Source: Rhodanobacteraceae bacterium
Lineage (GTDB): Bacteria > Pseudomonadota > Gammaproteobacteria > Xanthomonadales > SZUA-5
DNA: 54,275 nt
Direction: 5' to 3'
NCBI GenBank assembly: GCA_043754435.1
Contig: JAYUUS010000067.1
Location: 1-54,275, forward strand
Made by a program: the position numbers and the translations under genes. Below, in pieces: positions 1 to 10,421 of this stretch. Positions within the stretch are counted from its first letter, which is position 1; each line of letters opens with the position of its first letter. Below the pieces are notes generated by a model. It saw only the letters and a program-made list of their open reading frames with translations. It searched no databases and was not told where the DNA came from.

Positions 1-324
1 GCGGCGGTGAACACCTGTTTTGTATTGCCGGTGCTGTTCAAGCTTGAGCTGGCGAATGTGTTGTGCAGCGCGATGCGCCGAAGGCAGGCAGACCCGGCAC
101 TGCTTAGCCAACTGGCGCGTGAAGTGCAAGTGTTACCGATGCGTTTCGAGTCGCTAGGTTTAAGCTTTGATGCCCTACTTGCCGGTGCCCTGCACTATGA
201 CTTGACACCGGATGACTATATTTATTTGGAAATGGCGAAGCGGCTCAACCTGCCGTTAGCAACGTTGGATGCGAAATTGGCGCACGCCGCGAAAGCTGCT
301 GGCGTTATCGTGTTGACTGATTGA
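1..324 (+). CDS. PIN-domain (VapC-like) toxin, 5'-truncated by the window edge
   Basis: Frame is open from base 1. PIN-type motifs: LELANVL, LTPDDYIYLEMA, LPLATLDAKL. Confidence 0.8.
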   Translation, partial: AAVNTCFVLPVLFKLELANVLCSAMRRRQADPALLSQLAREVQVLPMRFESLGLSFDALLAGALHYDLTPDDYIYLEMAKRLNLPLATLDAKLAHAAKAAGVIVLTD

Positions 325-436
325 AACTTAGGCCAAATCGCGCTTGACCTGATCTAAGAAAAAATTGAACGACGCAATATTTGATTGATATACGCACCAA
401 AAAATTTGAGTTCAGCCCCAACAATAAGGCTTACAA

Positions 437-3400
437 ATGTCTACTGCTATTACTTCTCCATCGCTCGACACCGATTACACGCTAGATTCTAAATACACTC
501 GCTTCGATGGGCGTATTTATTTGTCTGGCATCCAAGCCTTGGTGCGCTTGCCGCTGATGCAGCGCCAGCGTGACAAAGCGTCGGGGTTAAACACCGGCGG
601 CTTTATTTCTGGCTATCGCGGCAGCCCGCTGGGCGGTTTGGATCAAGCGCTGTGGAAGGCGCGCAAGCATTTGAAAGGCTCGGGCGTGGAATTCGCGCCG
701 GGCTTAAATGAAGACTTAGCGGCGACTGCGGTTTGGGGCTCACAGCAGCTGAATTTATTTCCGGGTGCTAAAGTCGATGGCGCTTTTGCGATGTGGTACG
801 GCAAAGGCCCAGGCGTGGACCGCACAGGCGATGTGTTTAAACACGGCAATGCCGCTGGCACCAGTAAACACGGTGGCGTCTTGGTTTTGGCTGGCGATGA
901 TCATGCCTGCCGCAGCTCGACCTTGCCGCACCAATCCGAGCATGAATTTATCTCGGCGATGATGCCGATTTTGAATCCTGCCGGTGTGCAAGATATTTTG
1001 GACATGGGCATTCTGGGTTGGGCGCTGAGCCGCTACACTGGGCGCTGGGTCGGTTTTAAAACCATTGCCGAAACCGTGGAATCCTCCGCTTCCGTGCACG
1101 TCAACCCGCATCAGCTCGGCATCGTGATCCCTAGCGATTTTGAGATGCCGCAGGGTGGGCTGAATATTCGTTGGCCAGATCCACCGATGCAGCAGGAAAT
1201 GCGTCTGCACCAATATGCGATGCAGGCAGCGATGGCGTTTGCGCGGGTGAATCAACTCGACAAAATCATCTTTGATTCGCCAAAAGCACGCCTGGGCATT
1301 ATCACCACCGGCAAGAGCTATTTAGATGTGCTGCAGGCGTTGGAATATCTAGGGATTGAGGAAGATGAATGCCGTGATGTGGGTATTCGCGTCTACAAAG
1401 TCGGCATGACTTGGCCGCTTGAGCCCGAAGGTATTCGCAATTTTGCCAAGGGTTTAGAAGACATTATCGTCGTCGAAGAAAAGCGTTCCTTCATCGAAGC
1501 TCAGATGAAAGAGCATATGTATAATTGGGATCAAGGTATCCGCCCTAGCATCGTCGGTAAATATGACGAGCAGGGCGTGTGGGTGCTGCCCTCGATTGAC
1601 GAGCTGACGCCCGCACGGATTGCGCGTCTTATTGCCGCACGATTGGGCCGCTTCTTTACCTCGGACCGCATTAAAGAACGCCTTGCGTTTTTAACCGCAA
1701 AAGAGAAAGAACTGGCGTTGCCACGCGCGAACTTCCCACGCGCCGCACATTTTTGCTCAGGCTGCCCGCACAACACCTCCACCGTGGTGCCCGAAGGTTC
1801 GCGCGCCAGCGGCGGCATTGGTTGCCACTACATGGTGACCTGGATGGATCGCAAAACCGACACCTTCACGCAAATGGGCGGCGAAGGCGTGCCCTGGATT
1901 GGGCAGTCGCCATTCACCGAAACCAAGCATATTTTCCAAAACTTGGGCGATGGCACCTACTTCCACTCCGGTTCGCTGGCAATTCGCGCTTGCGTTGCCG
2001 CCAAGGTCAATATCACTTTCAAGATTCTTTATAACGACGCGGTCGCAATGACCGGTGGTCAGCCGGTCGATGGCACGCTTTCAGTCCAAGATATGGCACG
2101 CCAAGTGGCTGCCGAAGGCGTCAAACAAATTGTGCTGGTCTCCGACGACCCAGGCAAATGGGAAAACGTGGAAGGATTCCCCAGCGGGGTCACGCTAGAG
2201 CACCGCGACGATTTGGATCAGGTGCAGCGCAGCTTGCGTGAAAAATACGGCGTCACCGTGATTATTTACGAACAAACCTGTGCTGCAGAAAAGCGCCGCC
2301 GCCGCAAACGTAAGCTGGCGGTGGATCCACCAAAACGCATCATGATTAATCAAGCTGTGTGCGAAGGCTGTGGCGATTGCGGCGTAGTCAGTAACTGCGT
2401 GTCCTTGCTGCCGGTGGAAACCGAGCTTGGCCGCAAACGCGCGATTGATCAAAGCTCATGCAACAAAGACTATTCCTGCGTCAAAGGTTTTTGCCCCAGC
2501 TTCGTCACGATTTACGATGGCGGCTTGAAGAAACGGCGTGGCTCCAGTGCAGATCCGGGCTTTAGCGATTTGGCCTATCCAACGTTTCATACCGATCTGA
2601 GCGAACCGTGGAACATTTTAATCACCGGCGTCGGTGGCACCGGCGTGGTAACGATTGGCGCATTGATTGGCATGGCCGCGCATTTGGAAGGTAAAGGCAC
2701 GACCGTGTTGGATCAAACCGGCTTGGCGCAAAAAGGTGGCGCGGTGACCTGCCATGTGCGCATTGCCAAGGCGCCGCTGGACATTCACGCGGTACGTATT
2801 GCCGCTGGCGAGGCGGATTTGGTGATTGGATGCGATGTCGTCGTCGTCAATGACTACTGGGCACTCAGCAAAATTCGTGAAGACCGCACGTTTGCGGTGA
2901 TCAATTCCTACGAATTTATGCCGGGCACGTTTACCCGCAACCCGGATATGCAGTTCCCGCTGGCGAAAATGCTGGACTCGATCGGCTTGGCGCTTGGGCA
3001 TAAAAATTTAGATGTGCTCAACGCCACCGAGATCGCCACCGCGCTGATGGGCGATTCCATTGCGACCAATCTATTTGTGCTGGGCTACGCCTGGCAGAAA
3101 GGTTTGGTGCCGCTCAGCCTGGATTCCTTAATGCGTGCAATTGAGTTGAATGACGCGGCAATTGCGATGAATAAGCTGGCCTTCAACTGGGGCCGTATGG
3201 GTGCGACCAATATGCAGGTGGTGCTGAAAGCCAGCGGCCTGCTTGTGGATACCGTGCGCCCAATAAGCGCGAATGCGTTTGATTCCGCCACTGCATTGAT
3301 GTTCGCGAAAGCGCCGGTAACCAAAACCGTGGACGATTTAATCGCGCACCGGGAAAAACTGCTGACCGAATATCAAGACGCCAGCTACGCGCGCAGCTAT

Positions 3401-3982
3401 CGCGAATTCGTCGATCTTGTGCGCGCTGCAGAAAGCAAAGCCACGCCAGGAAAAACCGATTTGACTGCTGCCGTGGCGCGCTATTTAGCCAAAGTGATGG
3501 CCTACAAAGACGAATACGAAGTCGCCCGGCTCTACACCTCAGGTGATTTCGAAAAGCAAGTCAATGAAACCTTTGACGGTGATTTCACCATGAAATTCAA
3601 TCTCGCACCGCCACTGATTTCGAAAAAAGATCCGGTGACCGGGCATTTGAAGAAGCAAGAATTTGGCGCGTGGACGTTTAAAGCCTTCAAGCAGCTAGTA
3701 AAGCTCAAACACCTGCGCGGCGGCAGTTTCGATCTATTCGGCAAAATCGCCGAGCGCAAGATGGAGCGCCAGCTAATTGTTGATTACAAAAACTGCGTCG
3801 AAGGTTTATTGGGCCGCCTAAACACTGGCAACCACGCGTTAGCCGTTGAAATTGCCAAAATCCCCGAACTGATTCGCGGCTATGGCCACGTCAAAGAAGC
3901 ACATTACGCCAGTGCAAAAGTGCGCTGGGATCAGCTGATGGTGGAGTGGCAAAAGCCGACTGCGGTGAAGGCGGTCGCTTAG
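437..3982 (+). CDS. Indolepyruvate ferredoxin oxidoreductase family protein (fused alpha/beta)
   Basis: 1181 aa. Motifs SGYRGSPLGG, WYGKGPGVDR, FCSGCPHN, TPP motif GDGTYFHSG, ferredoxin CEGCGDC...CNKDYSCVKGFCP, GVGGTGVVT. Confidence 0.95.
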   Translation: MSTAITSPSLDTDYTLDSKYTRFDGRIYLSGIQALVRLPLMQRQRDKASGLNTGGFISGYRGSPLGGLDQALWKARKHLKGSGVEFAPGLNEDLAATAVWGSQQLNLFPGAKVDGAFAMWYGKGPGVDRTGDVFKHGNAAGTSKHGGVLVLAGDDHACRSSTLPHQSEHEFISAMMPILNPAGVQDILDMGILGWALSRYTGRWVGFKTIAETVESSASVHVNPHQLGIVIPSDFEMPQGGLNIRWPDPPMQQEMRLHQYAMQAAMAFARVNQLDKIIFDSPKARLGIITTGKSYLDVLQALEYLGIEEDECRDVGIRVYKVGMTWPLEPEGIRNFAKGLEDIIVVEEKRSFIEAQMKEHMYNWDQGIRPSIVGKYDEQGVWVLPSIDELTPARIARLIAARLGRFFTSDRIKERLAFLTAKEKELALPRANFPRAAHFCSGCPHNTSTVVPEGSRASGGIGCHYMVTWMDRKTDTFTQMGGEGVPWIGQSPFTETKHIFQNLGDGTYFHSGSLAIRACVAAKVNITFKILYNDAVAMTGGQPVDGTLSVQDMARQVAAEGVKQIVLVSDDPGKWENVEGFPSGVTLEHRDDLDQVQRSLREKYGVTVIIYEQTCAAEKRRRRKRKLAVDPPKRIMINQAVCEGCGDCGVVSNCVSLLPVETELGRKRAIDQSSCNKDYSCVKGFCPSFVTIYDGGLKKRRGSSADPGFSDLAYPTFHTDLSEPWNILITGVGGTGVVTIGALIGMAAHLEGKGTTVLDQTGLAQKGGAVTCHVRIAKAPLDIHAVRIAAGEADLVIGCDVVVVNDYWALSKIREDRTFAVINSYEFMPGTFTRNPDMQFPLAKMLDSIGLALGHKNLDVLNATEIATALMGDSIATNLFVLGYAWQKGLVPLSLDSLMRAIELNDAAIAMNKLAFNWGRMGATNMQVVLKASGLLVDTVRPISANAFDSATALMFAKAPVTKTVDDLIAHREKLLTEYQDASYARSYREFVDLVRAAESKATPGKTDLTAAVARYLAKVMAYKDEYEVARLYTSGDFEKQVNETFDGDFTMKFNLAPPLISKKDPVTGHLKKQEFGAWTFKAFKQLVKLKHLRGGSFDLFGKIAERKMERQLIVDYKNCVEGLLGRLNTGNHALAVEIAKIPELIRGYGHVKEAHYASAKVRWDQLMVEWQKPTAVKAVA

Positions 3983-3985
3983 TTT

Positions 3986-4579
3986 ATGGCAGCCGGGCAG
4001 CTTGAACGGATCAAAATCGAAGGATTTCGATTTATTCGAGCGCTCGACTTACGTTTAAGCCCAATCAATATTTTGATTGGGGCTAATGGCTCCGGCAAAT
4101 CGAATTTTTTGAGTTTTTTTGATTTTTATAAGCAGTTTAGCCGTCAAAACCTTGAATTTTATGTTCGCCAGCAAGGTGGTGCTAGCAAGTTTTTGCACTT
4201 TGGTAGCAAACAAACAAAACGACTAACTTTTCAGGTCGACGTTGCGGGAGATCAACAATTTATAAGTCTGGAGCCAAGTGTTACCGACGAATTTATTATT
4301 GATCTCGTGGATTTTCCTGGAGTTTTTTCGCGCGGTTTGAAAGAGAAGTGGCTTAGATACCACTTCCACGACACTAGTGAATTCGCAAACATTAAAAAAG
4401 CTGCGCGTTTAGATCAGACGCAAATGCTCATGCGCGATGGCGAAAACCTAGCGCCATTTTTGCACCATATTCGAAGTGAAGCGGTACTTTGCGAAGGGCA
4501 AACCGAGGGCGAGTTTCTAGATAAGTACGCCGTGCCTGCCCGCGTTTTGATGAGTGGATTCGCTGGCTGGAATCATTAG
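3986..4579 (+). pseudogene. Truncated ABC/AAA_21-type ATPase (COG4637-like) fused in frame to remnants of a DUF4276/TOPRIM-like gene
   Basis: Walker A GANGSGKS and YHFHDTS...DGENLAPFL are present, but the signature and Walker B half are absent. The protein then continues VLCEGQTE. DNA is AT-richer than the flanks. Confidence 0.65.
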
Positions 4580-4625
4580 CCTAATTCGTGCCAGACATCG
4601 TTTCTTACTAAAGGTGCGAGATTGG

Positions 4626-5924
4626 ATGGATACCCCAAAAACAGACCAAACTTCCGCAATCGACCAGAGCGCGGCCATCATCGCGCTTTTTGGCATTATC
4701 GAGTTGGATGCTAGGCCGCTGCTGGCAGTGGCAGCGTTAGCGCGGGCCTATTTAGCGCGCCGTTCTGGTCCCCTACTCAACACCGTATTTAGTTTTCGGG
4801 ACACTTATCCGGTGGAGTTGGCGTTTTGCCAAGCGCGTGCAAGTACACGCGATGCGACTGTCAATGCGCTGCTTCGACAGGGCGTATCGCTACCAATCGC
4901 GCAAGCATTTATGGCCACCGAAACGCGCGATTTGAGCGCTACGCTTATGCGTTTAGATGTCTGTGAATTCATCGCGCTCATCAACCCGCGCAACGGCTAC
5001 ATCTTAATTACCCACCCTGATGTGGCCCTGATTAGCGCCGTGCTGCCGGCTCAGGCGCTGCTGCCAGCGCTGCCGCAAACGCCGTGTGCCAAGCCTGTGT
5101 CACTGACGCTAAACGATTTGGAATCGCTGCCTGAGCGCATCGACTGCTCGGCATTGCGGCATCTGTATGTGCCACATAGCGCGATTTTGGCGCCCTGCTT
5201 GCAGCAACTGGGCAATTTAATCTCTTTGCACACGCTGCAATTAGCGAATGCGGCCACATTGGACGCTGCAGTGCTGGCGCATTTGCCGGTCGCGGAGTTG
5301 ACGACGCTGACCTTGTCGGGCCTTAACGACGCACCTGCCCTGCACCTTTGGCTGGGGCAATTGCGCGGCCTTAAACGCCTGCGCCTGCAGCATATGCAAT
5401 CGGGCACCCTGCGGGTGCTGTCGGGATTGAACGGCGCACTTTTGCAGGCCATTGATATTCAGGCTTTCGATCTAAAAGGTTCAGCCGATGCCAGCTGGAG
5501 TGCGTTTTGGCAACACGCAGCGACCTTGATAGACCTTCGCCTCGCATTTATTGATGAAAATCAGCTCGCGTCGGTGCTGGCAGCGCCTCTGCCAAATCTG
5601 CGCAGGCTAGCCATCGCGGACGATTTGGGGCCTAAGGCGCTGGCGCAATTGGCAAGCGCAAACTTGAATAACTTGACCGATCTAGATCTAACGCACACCC
5701 GAATTGACGGCCCGGCACTGCAAGCCTTCGTGAACCAACGCGCGCTACCCAAGCTGCGCGGCATTGCGATCGCTCTATATGGCGAACAAGTTGAAGACTG
5801 GTGCGACTGGAACGGTGCCGTAGTCGGCCAAGGCAACGTCCGTCTGGATCATCAGGAGATCGAAAGCCGCTATTTAGCAGGTTCCGGCGTGCGCGTTATT
5901 CCGGCATTTACCCCTGATTGGTGA
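4626..5924 (+). CDS. Leucine-rich repeat protein (ribonuclease-inhibitor-like repeats in the C-terminal part)
   Basis: Repeated LxxLxL units (LRGLKRLRL, LPNLRRLAI, LNNLTDLDL). ATG 4626 chosen because it avoids overlap with the upstream ORF; the ORF is open from 4554. Confidence 0.7.
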   Translation: MDTPKTDQTSAIDQSAAIIALFGIIELDARPLLAVAALARAYLARRSGPLLNTVFSFRDTYPVELAFCQARASTRDATVNALLRQGVSLPIAQAFMATETRDLSATLMRLDVCEFIALINPRNGYILITHPDVALISAVLPAQALLPALPQTPCAKPVSLTLNDLESLPERIDCSALRHLYVPHSAILAPCLQQLGNLISLHTLQLANAATLDAAVLAHLPVAELTTLTLSGLNDAPALHLWLGQLRGLKRLRLQHMQSGTLRVLSGLNGALLQAIDIQAFDLKGSADASWSAFWQHAATLIDLRLAFIDENQLASVLAAPLPNLRRLAIADDLGPKALAQLASANLNNLTDLDLTHTRIDGPALQAFVNQRALPKLRGIAIALYGEQVEDWCDWNGAVVGQGNVRLDHQEIESRYLAGSGVRVIPAFTPDW

Positions 5925-5935
5925 GCTGTAAGCTT

Positions 5936-7732
5936 ATGATTATTAAGAAAATTATTGTGGCAGAAAGCGACCGCGCAACGTCTGAACATTACGGCAGCGA
6001 TGATCTTTTGACCGCAGGCCTAGGCGCTGCAGGCCTGCGCAATCCGGTAGCGCCCGCTTTTCTTGCGCCAGAAACGCCCACCGTTATTGAGCTGCGTCGC
6101 CGCGCAATTTGGGCTAATTGGCGCGGCATTGCGGATTTAAGCGTAGGCGGCGGTTACGCTGAATTTTATGGCTCGCTAGCGCCAGTCCCGGGCCGGGAAT
6201 TCCACTCGCTGACCCGCGTGCCCGGTGCGAAACAGCCGCATCGCGTGCTGCTGCAATTGCCGGACGCGTTTGATTTGGCGAAGCGGTGCGTGGTGGTTTC
6301 GGCGTCGTCGGGTTCACGCGGCATTTACGGGGCGATTGCGCTCGCGGGTGCCTGGGGGTTACCGCGCGGCTGTGCGGTGGCTTATACCGATAAAGGTGCA
6401 GGAACGGGCTATGTTGATACCGGCAGCGCGCATCCCTTTGCTTTCGATGGCACGCAATTAGCCAGCGCGCCAGCGGAGTTTTCGGTCGAGCCTTTTCAAG
6501 GCGAAGGCATTGCACCGATTGCAATCAAACATGCACATTCTGGCGATAACCCAGAGGCTGATTGGGGTATCCACGTCCGCCAAGCTGCGGATTTTGCGTT
6601 GAAGACGTTAACCGCAGCGTATCCGCAGGTGCCAGCCTTCACCTACGCCAACACTAAAATCATTGCGGTCGGCGTTTCCAACGGCGGCGGTGCAGTGCTG
6701 CGCGCGGCGGAGTGCGCTGAGCCTTGGCTAGACGGCGTGGTTGCGGTATCACCCAACATTTGGGCCGCAGGTGCAACAGGTACGCGCCCGCTTTACGATT
6801 ACGCAACAGAAGCCGCGATTTGGCTACCGTGCGCACTTAATGCGGCGGCCTTTGACACTGTGCCGTTGGCGCGGTTAGGCGGCGTGAAATCAGCGGCCGG
6901 TGCAAACCGCTGCCGCGCGCTGCAGCAGTTGGGCTGGCTCAAAGCGACCAGTTTGGATGCGCAATATGAGCAAGCCTACGCGCACTTAAAAGCGCAGGGC
7001 TGGACTGACGCCGCACTCAGCGCGGGTGCGCTTAGCACCAACTTTGATTTATGGCGCGCGCTTGCGGTCAGCTATGCCTGTGCCTACGCGCGTACGGATG
7101 CTGCGCATATGCCCTGCGGCTACGCTTTTCACGCGCTCGGGAGTGACGGCAAAGCGCGCGCGCCCACAGCAATTGAGGCCGCCGCCTGGCGCAGCGACGC
7201 ATCCGGTATTGCGCCAGGTGCCGGGGTTTTTATCACCGATTCGTGCGCGCAACAGCTGGATGCCAACGCGGCCGATCCAACGCTAGCCGGGCTGCTTTGT
7301 TTGCGTGCGTTGTCGCAGGGCAACGACGAAATCGCAACGACCGTACAAGCCAGTATTGCTGCCACTGCGGCCAAACCACCTCGCGTTGGCCTTGCAGTTA
7401 TTGTCATTCACGGAATTGACGACGGCTTGATACCTGCCGCCTTTAGCAGCGCGCCCTATGTCGCGATGGCGAAAGATCAGGGTCGAAGTGTGCGCTATTG
7501 GCGCGTACACAACGCGCAGCATTTTGACGCCTTTATCAGTTTGCCCGCATGGGCGCATCGCTATGTGCCCCTGATGCCATACGCCTATCACGCCTTAGAT
7601 GCTGTTTGGTTGCATGTGTCGCAAGGTGCGCAATTGCCAGCAGACGCTGAGCTAATAACGACACCGCGCACGCTGAGTGCGGCGGGCTTGAGTGTGTTGA
7701 CGCACGCGAACTTGGGGGCCTTGCCACGTTGA
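5936..7732 (+). CDS. D-(-)-3-hydroxybutyrate oligomer hydrolase family protein
   Basis: DDLLTAGLG, SSGSRGIYGA, CAVAYTDKG, KHAHSGDNPEADWG, catalytic GVSNGG, HGIDDGLIP, NAQHFDAF. Confidence 0.88.
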   Translation: MIIKKIIVAESDRATSEHYGSDDLLTAGLGAAGLRNPVAPAFLAPETPTVIELRRRAIWANWRGIADLSVGGGYAEFYGSLAPVPGREFHSLTRVPGAKQPHRVLLQLPDAFDLAKRCVVVSASSGSRGIYGAIALAGAWGLPRGCAVAYTDKGAGTGYVDTGSAHPFAFDGTQLASAPAEFSVEPFQGEGIAPIAIKHAHSGDNPEADWGIHVRQAADFALKTLTAAYPQVPAFTYANTKIIAVGVSNGGGAVLRAAECAEPWLDGVVAVSPNIWAAGATGTRPLYDYATEAAIWLPCALNAAAFDTVPLARLGGVKSAAGANRCRALQQLGWLKATSLDAQYEQAYAHLKAQGWTDAALSAGALSTNFDLWRALAVSYACAYARTDAAHMPCGYAFHALGSDGKARAPTAIEAAAWRSDASGIAPGAGVFITDSCAQQLDANAADPTLAGLLCLRALSQGNDEIATTVQASIAATAAKPPRVGLAVIVIHGIDDGLIPAAFSSAPYVAMAKDQGRSVRYWRVHNAQHFDAFISLPAWAHRYVPLMPYAYHALDAVWLHVSQGAQLPADAELITTPRTLSAAGLSVLTHANLGALPR

Positions 7733-7752
7733 GTCGTGCAAGCGCAAGCAAT

Positions 7753-8349
7753 CTAAAGCAACTGCTGCGATAGCGCAAATAACGCCTTGGCGCGATGGCT
7801 ACAGACGTTTTTAACGCTTGCGCCAAGCTCAGCAGCACTTTTTCCTAGAGTGACATCAAAAAATACCGAGTCATAGCCAAAGCCGTTGCTGCCGCGTGGG
7901 GCGAAAAGAATTTCGCCGCGCCATTCGCCCTGTGCAATCAGGGGCAATGGATCGAGCGCGTTACGCACCAGCGCCAATACGCTCACGAAGCGAGCACTGC
8001 GATTTTTTGCGCCGCGCATTGCGTCGAGTAATTTGGCGATGTTCGCCGCACTGTTGCCGTGCTCACCGGCATAATATGCGCTAATCAGCCCCGGCGCACC
8101 GTCTAGCACATCCACGCATAGGCCCGAGTCGTCGGCCAGTGCCGCCATACCGCTTAACTTTGCCGCATTGCGCGCTTTAATCAGCGCGTTTTCCACGAAT
8201 GTGATGCCGGTTTCTTGCGCGTCAGCAATGCCCAAGGCGGTTTGGCTGACGACTTCAATGCCGAGCGGGGCCAAAAGCGCATCGAATTCTGCGAGCTTGC
8301 CCGGATTGCCGCTAGCAATCACAAGTTTATTAAAGCCGAAAAACAACAT
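7753..8349 (-). CDS. rdgB: Non-canonical purine NTP pyrophosphatase RdgB (HAM1 family)
   Basis: ASGNPGKLAE, ADDSGLCVD, GFGYD, SHRAKA; directly downstream of rph. Confidence 0.95.
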   Translation of the reverse strand: MLFFGFNKLVIASGNPGKLAEFDALLAPLGIEVVSQTALGIADAQETGITFVENALIKARNAAKLSGMAALADDSGLCVDVLDGAPGLISAYYAGEHGNSAANIAKLLDAMRGAKNRSARFVSVLALVRNALDPLPLIAQGEWRGEILFAPRGSNGFGYDSVFFDVTLGKSAAELGASVKNVCSHRAKALFALSQQLL

Positions 8350-8383
8350 CGTCTGACTCGGTTCGCTGCTAGAGCCTTATTAA

Positions 8384-9109
8384 TTAAAGCCGCCCTAAAG
8401 CGGCACGCTGTGCCGCACAGAGCTGGGCGATGCCGGTGCCTGCTAAATCCAGCAAAGCGTTGAGCTCAGCACGGGAAAATGCGTGGCCTTCGGCCGTGCC
8501 TTGCACTTCGATAAGGCCGCCCGCATCGGTCATCACGACGTTCATATCGGTGTCGCACTGGCTGTCTTCAATATAGTCTAGATCCAGCACCGGCTGGCCT
8601 TGATAAATGCCAACGCTGACCGCAGCAACTTGCCCATGCACGGGGTCTTTTTTGATGGCGCCCGTCTTAAGTAGCTTCTGACAGGCATCGACTAAGGCAA
8701 CATAAGCACCGGTAATCGCGGCGGTGCGCGTGCCGCCGTCCGCTTGCAGCACGTCGCAATCGAGCTTGATCTCGCGCTCACCCAACGCTTCAAAATTCAT
8801 CACGGCGCGCAAAGAACGCCCGATCAAACGCTGAATTTCATGAGTGCGCCCGCTCGGCCCACGCTGTGTGTCGCGATTGCCGCGCGTATGGGTTGCGCGC
8901 GGCAGCATCGAATATTCAGCCGTCACCCAACCTTTGCCAGTACCGCGCCGGTGCGGCGGGGAGCGATCATCGACGCTCGCCGTACACAGCACTAAAGTGT
9001 CCCCAAAGCCCACCAGCACTGAACCCTCGGCATATTTGGTGTAGTTACGTTCGATACGCAGGCTGCGCAGTTGGTCGGCAGTGCGGCCAGAAGGGCGGGG
9101 TTTGGACAT
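8384..9109 (-). CDS. rph: Ribonuclease PH
   Basis: [53 protein letters not shown]. Confidence 0.98.
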   Translation of the reverse strand: MSKPRPSGRTADQLRSLRIERNYTKYAEGSVLVGFGDTLVLCTASVDDRSPPHRRGTGKGWVTAEYSMLPRATHTRGNRDTQRGPSGRTHEIQRLIGRSLRAVMNFEALGEREIKLDCDVLQADGGTRTAAITGAYVALVDACQKLLKTGAIKKDPVHGQVAAVSVGIYQGQPVLDLDYIEDSQCDTDMNVVMTDAGGLIEVQGTAEGHAFSRAELNALLDLAGTGIAQLCAAQRAALGRL

Positions 9110-9191
9110 GGGTCATCGCTCAATAATTTTGTGACACGATGCTACACGCAGTTGCGGCAATAGTTGGGTGCGATTCAAAGTGATATTGAAT

Positions 9192-10421
9192 CTAACGCAA
9201 CAACGGCGATTCCAAAACTTTAGAGGGCCGACCTAAAACTTTCGCAGCGGCAGCTTTGAATTCTTCGGTTGACACCTTTTTTCGCGCTGCGATGATGAGC
9301 CGGGTGACATCATCTAAGTTGTGTTTGCCGCCACTGACATTGCGAATTTCAGTATCCAGCTCACTCAACAACACAACTGCTTTCGCGGTGACTTCACCGG
9401 CTGATCGCGGCACGGTAATCGTCGTCACCGCTTTACTCCACTTCTTTAGAGCATCTATCGTGTCGCTAAAGCGTTCTTCGGTCATGCCGCCAGAACGGCG
9501 AATTACTTCAAAACCGTAAAATTCCGCAAGTCCTTCCGCGATCCAATCGCTGCGTGAGGAGCCGACAATTCGCGTAATGGAGTGCGTGAGTTCATGCAGT
9601 AAGGTAGATGTGCCGTTTTCACTAATCAAAGGCCGATCCATATGGATAAACAGCGAATTAGGCCCGGAAAGCCCACCCCGCCACATCGGGTCTGGCCCGG
9701 TCACGATCAATAAGCGTGCCGGCATGACTCCAAAAGCACGCTGCATTTCTGGCAAGTTGTAATTAAGCAACGCCAGCATGTCCTGACGGCGTATCCCTAA
9801 GCCCTCGGGGCCGGCGACAAATACTTCGCAGCCAGCAATTTTTTCGATGCGATTAGCGATTTCGCCCGCGATCATCCAGCCCTTGGGCGCATCAAATTTA
9901 CGCTGAAGGTCTTTTAGACTAAATCTATATTGGGTTTCACTAGTGCGCTGATAGCCGGTGTTGACGTGCCAACCTTTCGGTACCGTTAATACCATTTCGC
10001 TCACCGAATGGCCTTTGGCAAGCACGCGCGCTTGTGGAAACGCATCATCGCCGCGAAAAATGGCCCATTTAGCACCGACCAGTGCATCGAACCCCCCATC
10101 CGCGCGTTGGTGATTGATCGCAACCGAATAGCGTAAGGTGCCGCCGGCTTGGGGCGGGGTCCAAAGAACTTTGTCACCCATAATTTTGACTTCGCCGTCG
10201 CCCTTGATTCCGCTGTAGCGACTAGCCGGCATGTTTAAGCGCATATTAGCGACATAGCCGGTGCCCGCAACAATCACGACTGAGCCGTTGGCGGATTTGC
10301 TATTGGGCTGCAAATCCAAGTTGAATCGGGCTTGATAGGTGCGCGAGGCATGGGCACTTTCGACCGTAAAAAACAGCCCCACCACTAAAACAGCCAGCGC
10401 AAGCCAAAAAAAATGGCGCAT
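9192..10421 (-). CDS. Secreted putative zinc metallopeptidase (gluzincin, M61/M1-like)
   Basis: Signal peptide ending AHA; LLHELTH followed by WIAEGLAEFY (HEXXH plus downstream Glu). Confidence 0.7.
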   Translation of the reverse strand: MRHFFWLALAVLVVGLFFTVESAHASRTYQARFNLDLQPNSKSANGSVVIVAGTGYVANMRLNMPASRYSGIKGDGEVKIMGDKVLWTPPQAGGTLRYSVAINHQRADGGFDALVGAKWAIFRGDDAFPQARVLAKGHSVSEMVLTVPKGWHVNTGYQRTSETQYRFSLKDLQRKFDAPKGWMIAGEIANRIEKIAGCEVFVAGPEGLGIRRQDMLALLNYNLPEMQRAFGVMPARLLIVTGPDPMWRGGLSGPNSLFIHMDRPLISENGTSTLLHELTHSITRIVGSSRSDWIAEGLAEFYGFEVIRRSGGMTEERFSDTIDALKKWSKAVTTITVPRSAGEVTAKAVVLLSELDTEIRNVSGGKHNLDDVTRLIIAARKKVSTEEFKAAAAKVLGRPSKVLESPLLR

